Source: Macrostomum lignano
Lineage: Eukaryota
Direction: 5' to 3'
Length of the DNA stretch: 64,000 nt
NCBI GenBank assembly: GCA_002269645.1
Contig: NIVC01003110.1
Location: forward strand, 1 to 64,000
Every line of letters begins with the position of its first letter. Position 1 is the stretch's first letter. A program made the position numbers and the translations under genes. Below the pieces are notes generated by a model, which was not told where the DNA came from, searched no databases, and saw nothing but the letters and a program-made list of their open reading frames with translations. Positions 26,000-36,387 of this stretch are shown here, piece by piece.

Positions 26000-27248
26000 T
26001 ATTTGCTGCATTAGCTCGTATTCCTTCCAGCACTGTATCTGTGTAGCAGTTTGCTGCATTAGCTCGTATTCCTACCAGCACTGTATCTGTGTAGCAGTTT
26101 GCTGCATTAGCTCGTATTCCTACCAGCACTGTATCTGTGTAGCAGTTTGCTGCATTAGCTCGTATTCCTACCAGCACTGTATCTGTGTAGCAGTTTGCTG
26201 CATTAGCTCGTATTCCTTCCAGCACTGTATCTGTGTAGCAGTTTGCTGCATTAGCTCGTATTCCTTCCAGCACTGTATCTGTGTAGCAGTTTGCTGCATT
26301 AGCTCGTATTCCTACCAGCACTGTATCTGTGTAGCAGTTTGCTGCATTAGCTCGTATTCCTACCAGCACTGTATCTGTGTAGCAGTTTGCTGCATTAGCT
26401 CGTATTCCTACCAGCACTGTATCTGTGTAGCAGTTTGCTGCATTAGCTCGTATTCCTACCAGCACTGTATCTGTGTAGCAGTTTGCTGCATTAGCTCGTA
26501 TTCCTACCAGCACTGTATCTGTGTAGCAGTTTGCTGCATTAGCTCGTATTCCTACCAGCACTGTATCTGTGTAGCAGTTTGCTGCATTAGCTCGTATTCC
26601 TACCAGCACTGTATCTGTGTAGCAGTTTGCTGCATTAGCTCGTATTCCTACCAGCACTGTATCTGTGTAGCAGTTTGCTGCATTAGCTCGTATTCCTACC
26701 AGCACTGTATCTGTGTAGCAGTTTGCTGCATTAGCTCGTATTCCTACCAGCACTGTATCTGTGTAGCAGTTTGCTGCATTAGCTCGTATTCCTACCAGCA
26801 CTGTATCTGTGTAGCAGTTTGCTGCATTAGCTCGTATTCCTACCAGCACTGTATCTGTGTAGCAGTTTGCTGCATTAGCTCGTATTCCTACCAGCACTGT
26901 ATCTGTGTAGCAGTTTGCTGCATTAGCTCGTATTCCTACCAGCACTGTATCTGTGTAGCAGTTTGCTGCATTAGCTCGTATTCCTACCAGCACTGTATCT
27001 GTGTAGCAGTTTGCTGCATTAGCTCGTATTCCTACCAGCACTGTATCTGTGTAGCAGTTTGCTGCATTAGCTCGTATTCCTACCAGCACTGTATCTGTGT
27101 AGCAGTTTGCTGCATTAGCTCGTATTCCTACCAGCACTGTATCTGTGTAGCAGTTTGCTGCATTAGCTCGTATTCCTACCAGCACTGTATCTGTGTAGCA
27201 GTTTGCTGCATTAGCTCGTATTCCTTCCAGCACTGTATCTGTGTAGCA
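26000..27248. repeat. 48-bp near-perfect minisatellite (TTTGCTGCATTAGCTCGTATTCCTACCAGCACTGTATCTGTGTAGCAG), about 26 units
   Basis: Units differ essentially only at CCTAC/CCTTC. Confidence 0.97.
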
Positions 27249-27574
27249 ACGAACCGACCCAGTTGAAACTCCGACGACTTTGCTTTTAATGCTCCAACGC
27301 GCTTGATAACCTCTTCCTGCTGGCTGTAGCACAACTTCTATTAAGTAACTGATGAAAATAAATGATAGAATTTCTATTGTGTGAGGGAAGCGCTTGAGCG
27401 TTAACGATTAAGGTATGGATCGACTGACCCAGCGACCCTTATCCTTCGCTGGGATTTTTCAATAAATACTTGTTGGGCCTTGGAGCATGGGAAGGAGTAA
27501 TTGGTACCAAAAATCCTGGTTGCAACATATCAACTATTGGTAGAAGCTAAAACCCAGTATGCAACATAACGATG

Positions 27575-28130
27575 CGTCATGTCAAGCCTAAAAGAAGCGC
27601 CCTGTCAAACATAAAAGAAGCCTCATGTCAAACATAGAAGAAGCGCCCTGTCAAACATAAAAGAAGCCTCATGTCAAACATAGAAGAAGCGCCATGTCAA
27701 ACATAAAAGAAGCACCCTGTCAAACATAAAAGAAGCGCCATTTCAAACAAAAGAAGCGCCACGTCAAACATAAAAGAAGCGCTATGTCAAACATAAAAGA
27801 AGCGCCCTGTCAAACATAAAAGAAGCGCCATGTCAAACATAAAAGAAGCGCCCTGTCAAACATAAAAGAAGCGCCATGTCAAACATAAAAGAAGCGCCAT
27901 GTCAAACATAAAAGAAGCGCCCTGTCAAACATAAAAGAAGCGCCACGTCTAAAATAAGAGAATCGCCATGTCATAAAGGAAGCCATGAAATGACCAAAAA
28001 AGAAGCCATGAAATGACCAAAAAAGAAGCCATGAAATGACCAAAAAAGAAGCCATGAAATGACCAAAAAAGAAGCCATGAAATGACCAAAAAAGAAGCCA
28101 TGAAATGATCAAAAAAGAAGCGTCATGTCA
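27575..28130. repeat. Two adjacent 23-bp minisatellites (CATGTCAAACATAAAAGAAGCGC; CATGAAATGACCAAAAAAGAAGC)
   Basis: Visible directly; the units are related to the 22-bp array at 25.1 kb. Confidence 0.9.
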
Positions 28131-28884
28131 ACCGTAAAAGATTCAAGGGAAATTGCCAAGAGGCCAAGGCTCGTAGGAGATATAGGGTATTGATGAAATT
28201 CTGACTCTCAACAGGGTTAGAGCAGGATTTAACCATAAAAGTATAGCCCTGTCAACCATAAACGGCTCATGGGACAATTGCTTAGATGTCAAGGCTTATG
28301 GGGCGTAATGGCTAAAATGCTGTGCACACGGGGTGAGTTGCTTAGATGTAGGACTCATGGGGGGATCGCTGAAATGATGCGATTCATGGGGAGAATTGTT
28401 GAAGTGTCAAGGTTCATGGAAAGGGGGAATTTCTGTGGCATTGCTGTGGCATTAACAAACTTTAAGAAATTAACAATAGCAACTGCAAAAAACTAAAACC
28501 TACATGTAGTTTATTTAAAAAAATTCTTTCTCTTTTGCCTCCCCAACGAGTGCTTCAATCGCTTTTATGGCATAATTCCGTATTTTTAATTATTGCTTTC
28601 CAGTCTCCGATACGGGGCAGTTTTAACATCGAATGTGTTTTTGCATTTCGTTGCAAAACATTTCTGAACTTTGTCTGAACTTCAGAGTTCTCAACTTCCT
28701 TTTTGGCACTCAAGTTTGCGACACCAGAACGGTTTTGACTTGACAAGGTTTTTTAAATAATAAAAAACTCTCGTTGATTTTAAAACCGTCTCCTTTGTTA
28801 GACAGACGACAATATGTTTTATTCCGTTTATTGTTGATTAATTGACAATTTCGCTCTGGGTCTAGAACTTCACAGAGAAACAGT

Positions 28885-29490
28885 TCCCTTCATTGAGAGA
28901 CTGTTAGTTCCCTTCATTGAGAGACTGTCAGTTGCCTTCATTGAGAGACTGTGTCAGTTCCCTTCATTGATAGACTGTGTCAGTTCCCTTCATTGATAGA
29001 CTGTGTCAGTTCCCTTCATTGAGAGACTGTGTCAGTTCATTTCATTGAGAGACTGTGTCAGTTCCCTTCATTGAGAGACTGTGTCAGTTCCCTTCATTGA
29101 GAGACTGTGTCAGTTGCCTTCATTGAGAGACTGTGTCAGTTGCCTTCATTGAGAGACTGTGTCAGTTCCCTTCATTGAGAGACTGTGTCAGTTCCCTTCA
29201 TTGAGAGACTGTGTCAGTTGCCTTCATTGAGAGACTGTGTCAGTTCCTTTCATTGAGAGACTGTGTCAGTTCCCTTCATTGAGAGACTGTGTCAGTTGCC
29301 TTCATTGAGAGACTGTCAGTTCCCTTCATTGAGAGACTGTCAGTTCCCTTCATTGAGAGACTGTGTCAGTTGTCTTCATTGAGAGACTGTGTCAGTTCCC
29401 TTCATTGAGAGACTGTGTCAGTTGCCTTCATTGAGAGACTGTGTCAGTTCCCTTCATTGAGAGACTGTGTCAGTTGCATTAAGAGACTGA
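28885..29490. repeat. 26-bp minisatellite (CAGTTCCCTTCATTGAGAGACTGTGT)
   Basis: 26-nt period measured (28981 to 29007); 24-nt variants also occur. Confidence 0.95.
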
Positions 29491-29864
29491 AACGATGTCT
29501 TGGTTGAGAAGAAACGTGGCTGAATTTCAAAAAAATTTGTTTGCAATCTTACCTTCCTGAAAGACTGCACCCTACACTGTGTAAGAAGGATGAAGCAGTC
29601 TCTGAAATTTCTTCAGCAAAAAGTAAAGTTTCTGACAGCGGAAGACGAACCGGACGCTGACAAAAAGTGTTGTCGCTTTTTACCTATAAAAAGCCTAAAT
29701 TAAAGAAGCTTTTGTTTAGATCGTCACCGGAAAGCAGCAAAACTTTTCTACTCATTTGTGATCGATTTAAATTTTTACTTTATGCCTTTCCTGTGATACT
29801 TTTCCTGTGTGTGCTTTCAGTATCCTGCCATTCCCATACCGCTGAAAGTGCTAGGAGAGCTGAG

Positions 29865-30365
29865 GAAGACAGGCAATCAAAACGGGTCAGAGAGGAGACA
29901 GGCAATCGAAACGGGTCAGAGGGGGAGACAGGCAATCGAAACGGGTCAGAGAGGAGACAGGCAATCAAAACGGGTCAGAGAGGCAGACAGGCAATCAGAA
30001 CGGGTCAGAGAGGCAGACAGGCAATTAAAACGGGTCAGAGGGGAAGACAGGCAATCGAAACGGGTCAGAGGGGGAGACAGGCAATCGAAACGGGTCAGAG
30101 AGGAGACAGGCAATCAAAACGGGTCAGAGAGGCAGACAGGCAATCAGAACGGGTCAGAGAGGCAGACAGGCAATTAAAACGGGTCAGAGAGGGAGACAGG
30201 CAATTAAAACGGGTCAGAGAGGGAGACAGGCAATTAAAACGGGTCAGAGAGGGAGACAGGCAATTAAAACGGGTCAGAGAGGGAGACAGGCAATTAAAAC
30301 GGGTCAGAGAGGCAGACAGGCAATTAAAACGGGTCAGAGAGGCAGACAGGCAATCAAAACGGGTT
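29865..30365. repeat. 30-bp minisatellite (GGGTCAGAGAGGGAGACAGGCAATTAAAAC)
   Basis: Visible directly. Confidence 0.95.
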
Positions 30366-30527
30366 CAGACAGCTTACATCATTATGGTTACCGGCAATTA
30401 AGAAATTCTGACAGTAGTACTTAATTATTTTGACAAGCATAATCAATTTATTGGCTCAGTGGATAAAAATTGTCAGCACTGCAGAATCAAGTTCATCATT
30501 AGTCAGTGCAGTCAGGACCAGCCCCTA

Positions 30528-31530
30528 CTAGTTGGACCTGCAGGGCCCACCCGGCCTAGCGGTGTACTCGTACCGCAATCCTCGCTCCTCGATGACATTC
30601 TTGCCCAGTCGGATGCGGCCTTCCAGCTTGCGTTTTTGCCTCTTTAGGATGCCATTCTCGGTTTTCTTCACTTGGAACTGGCTGTCTTGGATAACCTTGT
30701 AGTGCGCGGTGTCGGACAGGATCTCTACCCAGCCGCGCTGCCAGGTGGACTTGCTGCGCTTCAGCTTGGTCGAGCGGACCAGGTGCCAGCTGCCCGACCA
30801 GTACACCTCGTTGAAAGTCAGGGACACTTTAATGTCGCCAACTCTGGACGGGTCAAGGACTTTGACGCTCTGATTGGAGAGCCACCACCAGTTTTGTTTG
30901 CATTCGATCGCAGAGGCGGAGCTGACCAGGCACAGGTGAAGGCAGGCGACCAGAAGCACCAGTACGAGGTTGGTTTTAGCCTACGGATTGTCAAAATGCA
31001 GGCGTAGGCTTAGTACTATTTCAGTAGTATCAATAGGGTTTCATCTTATAATAGTAATCTAAGCACGCAAAGAATGGGTATCAATGATATTTTACCATAG
31101 ACTATTTTGCCTAAGCTACAGATTGAGAGTGAGGGGAAGAGAAGGTGGAGGCGAAGCTACCATAGACTATTTATGTTGTTTATACATTTTTGGCAGTTAA
31201 AAGATTTAACCAAAGAGTTTCATAATACGACAGCTAATTATGGAACTCCTTGCTTTAACTGACCGCAATTTACGGGCTGTTTAATTGGGTTTTGGCCATA
31301 GACAGCTCGTTGTGTGAACTGCATTTCATGATTTCTCTACCGCTCAATTTCAATAGCTCACCGTCCAAAAATCTACTCGTAATATGCCTTTAAAGACATA
31401 CCTCTTGTTTTATTTACAAAATTAGAAAGTTCAGAAGTTGATATCATTACTAATATTGTGAATTTAGGTTATTCTTAATTCAATTCAGGAACGATTTCTT
31501 AGTTCAAGTTGAATAAAATCAACTTACCAT
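30528..31530 (-). CDS. Unassigned small secreted protein, paralog A. Exons: 31530-31528 (ATG only) and 30980-30528 (151 aa)
   Basis: ATG|GTAAGT at 31528 and acceptor CCGTAG|GCT at 30980. Hydrophobic leader AKTNLVLVLLVACLHLCLVSSASA. Clearly similar to the ORFs at 34042 and 35516. Minus-strand AATAAA at 30447-30452. Confidence 0.85.
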
Positions 31531-32054
31531 GATGCTGGATAGATTTCAAAGTTGAGAGAAATGCAGTACAGAGCACAAGACAACTGGTTTGATACAGTAG
31601 TTATCTATCCTGCCTGACACAACTTGTTATATACTAAGTTCGGTCGGCTTTGTCACCACGTGCCAATTATCGTTGCGTCATGGTGCTGCTTTCAAATTGT
31701 CGTTACAGACACCTGCGGAAGTTAATTGGAGTACCCCATGACCTTCTGGTAAATTCGTTGGATTGCGCAACAGTACATTTAGTTTGTTCGGAACAACATC
31801 AACAGCAACAATTCGGTTGGTTCTGTTACCTACTCTGTTATCTTGTTTAGAATATAGCCGCTTTGAAGTTGAAGATGTGCTCCCGTTAAAGCAGCCGAGC
31901 TGTTTGTCGAAATGTATCCCACTTTGCCTGTACGCCTTGTCTATGTCTATAGTGCTTTTTCTAGCGGAGATTCTCACTAAGTAACCTCTGCTGCCATAGG
32001 CAATAAAATTAACGCCTTGAGCCAGAGTGAGGTTGATTGAACACTTTCTTCTAC

Positions 32055-32189
32055 CATAGACAAAACGTGTCCCGCGAATACAGGGAGCGGAGAATACTCA
32101 TAATCTCCGCGAATCTAGTCAATATTCTCCGCTCCTTGCATTCGTGGGATACATTTCAATAACCAACTGAAACGAGGAGAATGTCTATG
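32055..32189. mobile_element. Small palindromic MITE-like element
   Basis: Ends are CATAGAC (32055) and GTCTATG (32189). Internal 33-bp inverted arms at 32064-32096 and 32123-32155 have 5 mismatches, all transitions. No TSD seen. Confidence 0.45.
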
Positions 32190-33078
32190 CAGAATCTCCA
32201 AGGCCTACATAAGATACATTAAATTTCTCGAATTGCACATTTTAACAGCCTAACATCTATTAGTACATTACATGTTAGTATAGCATTAACCAGATTTATT
32301 AACCAGTATTAACCACAGAATACACCAGAATGCTCAATCGACCCCTCTGCATAAAAAACCCGTGGCAAAAAATATATTCATGACATGCTACTCCTGGGGT
32401 GAAGCGATTTGTGAGCAGAGCTGAAGTGCATTTCTATAGACGTGTCCAAATGTTAGTTTAGATACTTCTGTAGTAATGACATCGATCGTGCATATCATTG
32501 AGTTGCCAACAAGGACAAAAAACTCCTTGCTCTAAAACGCCGGCTCGCCGAGTTCAATCACCACTATTTCGTCTATACGGCTTAAACATTGCCTTCCCAT
32601 ACTCTCATATATTCCTTCAACTCATTACTTTTTGGATCGATCTTGTCTTCAATCATTTGCTATTTCCCATCGGCTGCCACCGCGATACTGTTGCGTTCCA
32701 TACGAGTACTGTTGCATCGCCACTTAGATAAGCGAGCTGATTGGGCATTCTGGGTGTATCTTGTGGGATTAACTTAATGTAATAACTAGGATTAATACAT
32801 TTAGCTAATTAAATAATTATTTACCATATTCCGAATGGATGGCTATGAACTATAAACTTTTACTTACGCTTTAAGTTGAACATTAGTTACCTCTCTATGG
32901 CTCAAGTAGACTTATATAATAAAATACTCTGTATACACGTAGCAGCAAACTACGCGAAAAGTTCATAAAATTCTGCACTTTTGTTTAATTCTCTCGTTCA
33001 AGTTTTTTCAACTGGAACGATCATATCGATTATCAACACCACAGCTTGTCTTTGTGCTCGGATACTCGAAGCCTCTGC

Positions 33079-34536
33079 ATGGTAAGCAGCTTGGTTGTTG
33101 ACTGCGTCTCACGAATGCCAGGGAGATGGGGATACACTTGTGCTAACAGGGTGTCAGGAGATGGGAATGCACCTGTGCTAACAGGGTGTCAGGAGATGGG
33201 AATGCATCTGTGCTAACAGGGTGTCAGGAGATGAGAATGCATCTGTGCTAACAGGGTGTCAGGAGATGGGAATGCACCTGTGCTAACAGGGTGTCAGGAG
33301 ATGGGGATACACTTGTGCTAACAGGGTGTCAGGAGATGGAGATACACTTGTGCTAACAGGGTGTCAGGAGATGGGAATGCACCTGTGCTAACAGGGTGTC
33401 AGGAGATGGGGATACACTTGTGCTAACAGGGTGTCAGGAGATGGAGATACACTTGTGCTAACAGGGTGTCAGGAGATGGGAATGCATCTGTGCTAACAGG
33501 GTGTCAGGAGATGGGAATGCATCTGTGCTAACAGGGTGTCAGGAGATGAGAATGCATCTGTGCTAACAGGGTGTCAGGAGATGGGAATGCACCTGTGCTA
33601 ACAGGGTGTCAGGAGATGGGAATGCATCTGTGCTAACAGGGTGTCAGGAGATGGGAATGCACCTGTGCTAACAGGGTGTCAGGAGATGGGAATGCATCTG
33701 TGCTAACAGGGTGTCAGGAGATGAGAATGCATCGCTAACAGGTGTCAGGAGATGGGAATGCATCTGTGCTAACAGGGTGTCAGGAGATGAGAATGCATCG
33801 CTAACAGGGTGTCAGGAGATGAGAATGCATCGCTAACAGGTGTCAGGAGATGGGAATGCATCTGTGCTAACTTCAGAATGGAAGAAGAAGAATTTCAGAA
33901 TGGAAGAGACCCCGATGCGATGTCTCCACGTTTCTAGTCGACGTCTTTTAAGTTGACCCCCCCCCCAAAATGCTCAAAAAACGCGCTGACACCTCCCCAT
34001 AAAAGTGCATAAATAAACATTCGATACTCGATTGCCGCCAGCGACGCCTGGCCTGCAGCATCGGGTCCATCTGCAGCCTGCACTTGGTCATCAGCTGGGC
34101 AGTCTTGGCCAATGCCGGCGACAACAGTCCGAAACAGTTGGCCGCGGTGACCATCTGCGACGGTCGACGGCTGTGGAAGCTGGCCAACCAGCGCGTCTCG
34201 GTGCTCAACCCCTGGTGGGGTGGCGTCAGTGCGGCTGTGGCATTCAAGGAGGTTTTCAGGCTCGGCTCAACGGATATGATTCGCTGGCGTCGACTGGACG
34301 GCAGCCGCAGCTGTGAACGATTCGGGCATATTGACATTCTGGTTGACAGCACGGAGTACCGGGTGGTGGATGGCAGCGAGTTTCACGTTGAATACGATGA
34401 TCTCGGCAGCCAGGGCAACATGGCAGGCCATCTGAGGCTTGGCAAAAATATCTTCTCATTGGGGCCGCTTGAGTACGAGTACACGGCTGTGCTGGACTCC
34501 TGGTGCAAGAACTTTACAAGCCTGTCGCCCTGGTAA
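33079..34536 (+). CDS. Unassigned small secreted protein, paralog B. Exons: 33079-33081 (ATG only) and 34042-34536 (165 aa)
   Basis: ATG|GTAAGC at 33081 and acceptor GCCGCCAG|CGA in phase 0. Hydrophobic leader and shared family motifs (FKEV..GS.DMIR, RLGKN, YEYT, terminal Cys). AATAAA at 34664. Confidence 0.85.
33120..33870. repeat. 35-bp minisatellite (GTGCTAACAGGGTGTCAGGAGATGGGAATGCATCT), paralog B intron
   Basis: 35-nt period measured (33140 to 33175). Confidence 0.96.
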
Positions 34537-35146
34537 GGCGATGAAGATCGCTTGTAATAATTCTATTGCTATAACCGACTTATCACGAATTCATAAGCGA
34601 TACTTTAAGCTTCACGGGCACAATTTGCAAACTTTTGAATAAGTGTATTGATGAGTATTTCAAAATAAACAGTAAACCGCCTATTATTCATCCATTGTTG
34701 TTGCCGTTGCTTTTGGGCCTTTAATTCATTGTTACAATTGGTTTGAGAGTCCCTTTACTTTAGTAGTCCTTGTCAATTATTTACCATGGATAGCACGCCC
34801 TCAATGCCTAATAATAATAAAAATGTCGAAACTCGACTCATTGACTTTAGGGATCCATTTTATCATTCTGATAAACATTTTCTTACAGTCATTAGTTGCT
34901 AAGAATGATAAAATTGATTCATAAAACCAATGAGTCGATTTGTGCTATTCCTTATGATTTTAGTCAAAAGTTTTTTTAGACTTTTTAGACTCAAAAAAAC
35001 TAAAAATTTTATAATTTTTAGACAAAAATCTGTATGAATATCAATAGAGCCATAAGAAAGGCAAAACATATCAAAGGTTGAACACAAGGCCTCCATTCTA
35101 TCAAAAGTAACAATTTTGTTACGAAAAAAATTTCCTTTCTTCGTAA

Positions 35147-35418
35147 TGCGTTTTTCTCGGTGAAATCTGCCTCCTAAAGTTTTCCAAGAAACGTAGTTTT
35201 CCGTCCTACTTGAGTGCGTTTTTCTCGGTGAAATCTGCCTCCTAAAGTTTTCCAAGAAACGTAGTTTTCCGTCCTACTTGAGTGCGTTTTTCTCGGTGAA
35301 ATCTGCCTCCTAAAGTTTTCCAAGAAACGTAGTTTTCCGTCCTACTTGAGTGCGTTTTTCTCGGTGAAATCTGCCTCCTAAAGTTTTCCAAGAAACGTAG
35401 TTTTCCGTCCTACTTGAG
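35147..35418. repeat. 68-bp unit x4, apparently perfect
   Basis: Units start at 35147, 35215, 35283 and 35351. Confidence 0.95.
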
Positions 35419-35515
35419 CAGTCCTTGGTCGCGACAACTAAGACTACAGAACGCCGCATATTATTTATTAGGCAAGTTGTATTCTCTGTCCGCCCCATTA
35501 CACTTTCTCGGGCAG

Positions 35516-36013
35516 GAAACCAAGTCTCTGGGACGAATCCGGCCATGGCTCTGTGCGACCAGCTGCATTGTTTGCTGCGTGTCAATGTGCATCGGAGGCA
35601 GCTTGAACGACGGCTTGAGCGATTCTAGCGTAATAAGAAGCTGCAACCGCAGCAGCAGGTTGAATGTCGTGCATCAACGCCTCTGGATAAAAGAAGAATC
35701 ATGGAACGAATATCATCTTAGAATATGCTTTAATGAAATATTCTACTCAGGTTCCTGGGACATGATCCGCAGGAACTGCATTAAAAATTCTCATTATCAC
35801 GTACACGGCGGCTGGGTCAAAGCCTTCTCTAGCAGCCAAGAGTTCTACGTGCTAGGTGGCAGTGAGATCATCTTTAATATGGTCACCGGCTTCAAGGTGG
35901 ATGATAATTACAGCGAAATGTTCGAGGCCAAACTAGGCCTGACAATAGTTCAAAGAGATTTCTTTCGCTACGAGTTGATTCTTTTAGATGCGGGGTTTTG
36001 CCGGCCCGGCTGA
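35516..36013 (+). CDS. Unassigned small secreted protein, paralog C. Coding exon 35516-36013; start exon not found
   Basis: Acceptor CTTTCTCGGGCAG|GAA in phase 0, followed by a Cys-rich hydrophobic leader. Motifs FNEIFYSGSWDMIR, GWV, GSE, KLG, RYEL and a terminal Cys are shared with A and B. Confidence 0.75.
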   Translation, partial: ETKSLGRIRPWLCATSCIVCCVSMCIGGSLNDGLSDSSVIRSCNRSSRLNVVHQRLWIKEESWNEYHLRICFNEIFYSGSWDMIRRNCIKNSHYHVHGGWVKAFSSSQEFYVLGGSEIIFNMVTGFKVDDNYSEMFEAKLGLTIVQRDFFRYELILLDAGFCRPG

Positions 36014-36387
36014 TGCACGGCTTCAGTTTCTGACTTTAAATTGGTTGTTTAACTGGACTATAGCTTAAAAATTACACTTGCAAAAAATTACAACATTCGA
36101 TGCTTGCAATATTGATTTGGAGTGCACGCTCACTAGCTTGTACGAGTAGTATCAAAATAATAGCCGCTCCCTACCAAGTATTGCAATTGACGTAGATTTC
36201 TGGCTTTTATTATCAAAGAGTAACTGCCCAATCAGACTATTGAAGGACAAACTGTGACATCCGAATACGAATAGAATACGCGTAGGCCACGTCAACCTGT
36301 CCGATTAGCGTCCAAGTTTCGGCGCTATAAAGCAGCTAGCTGTAAAGACCGCCTCGATCGCCGCCTATAGAACAACAATTAGGTATA

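Larger units (their letters stand above)
25760..30400 (-). other. Possible multi-exon minus-strand transcript with short exons between the satellites
   Basis: The unique islands carry minus-strand splice signals and short open frames. One is about 29553-29683, TTTTTATAG|VKSDNTFCQRPVRLPLSETLLFAEE...|GTAAG, which joins in phase to SQNRSGVANL at about 28740. Others are YLIEVVLQPAGRGYQARW near 27340 and LTRYTKPDRSELLQQRL near 25860. No homology recognised, and some joins are unresolved. Confidence 0.3.

Noticed and set aside
25872-27332. 486-aa ORF with CYTDTVLVGIRANAAN repeats as a real repeat protein
   Set aside because: It is a translation of a 48-bp (3n) satellite with no synonymous variation. 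The unique flanks carry splice signals, which suggests the array is intronic.
31650-32777. Short ORFs between paralogs A and B
   Set aside because: No homology to the cluster or any family I recognise, and no convincing splice framework.
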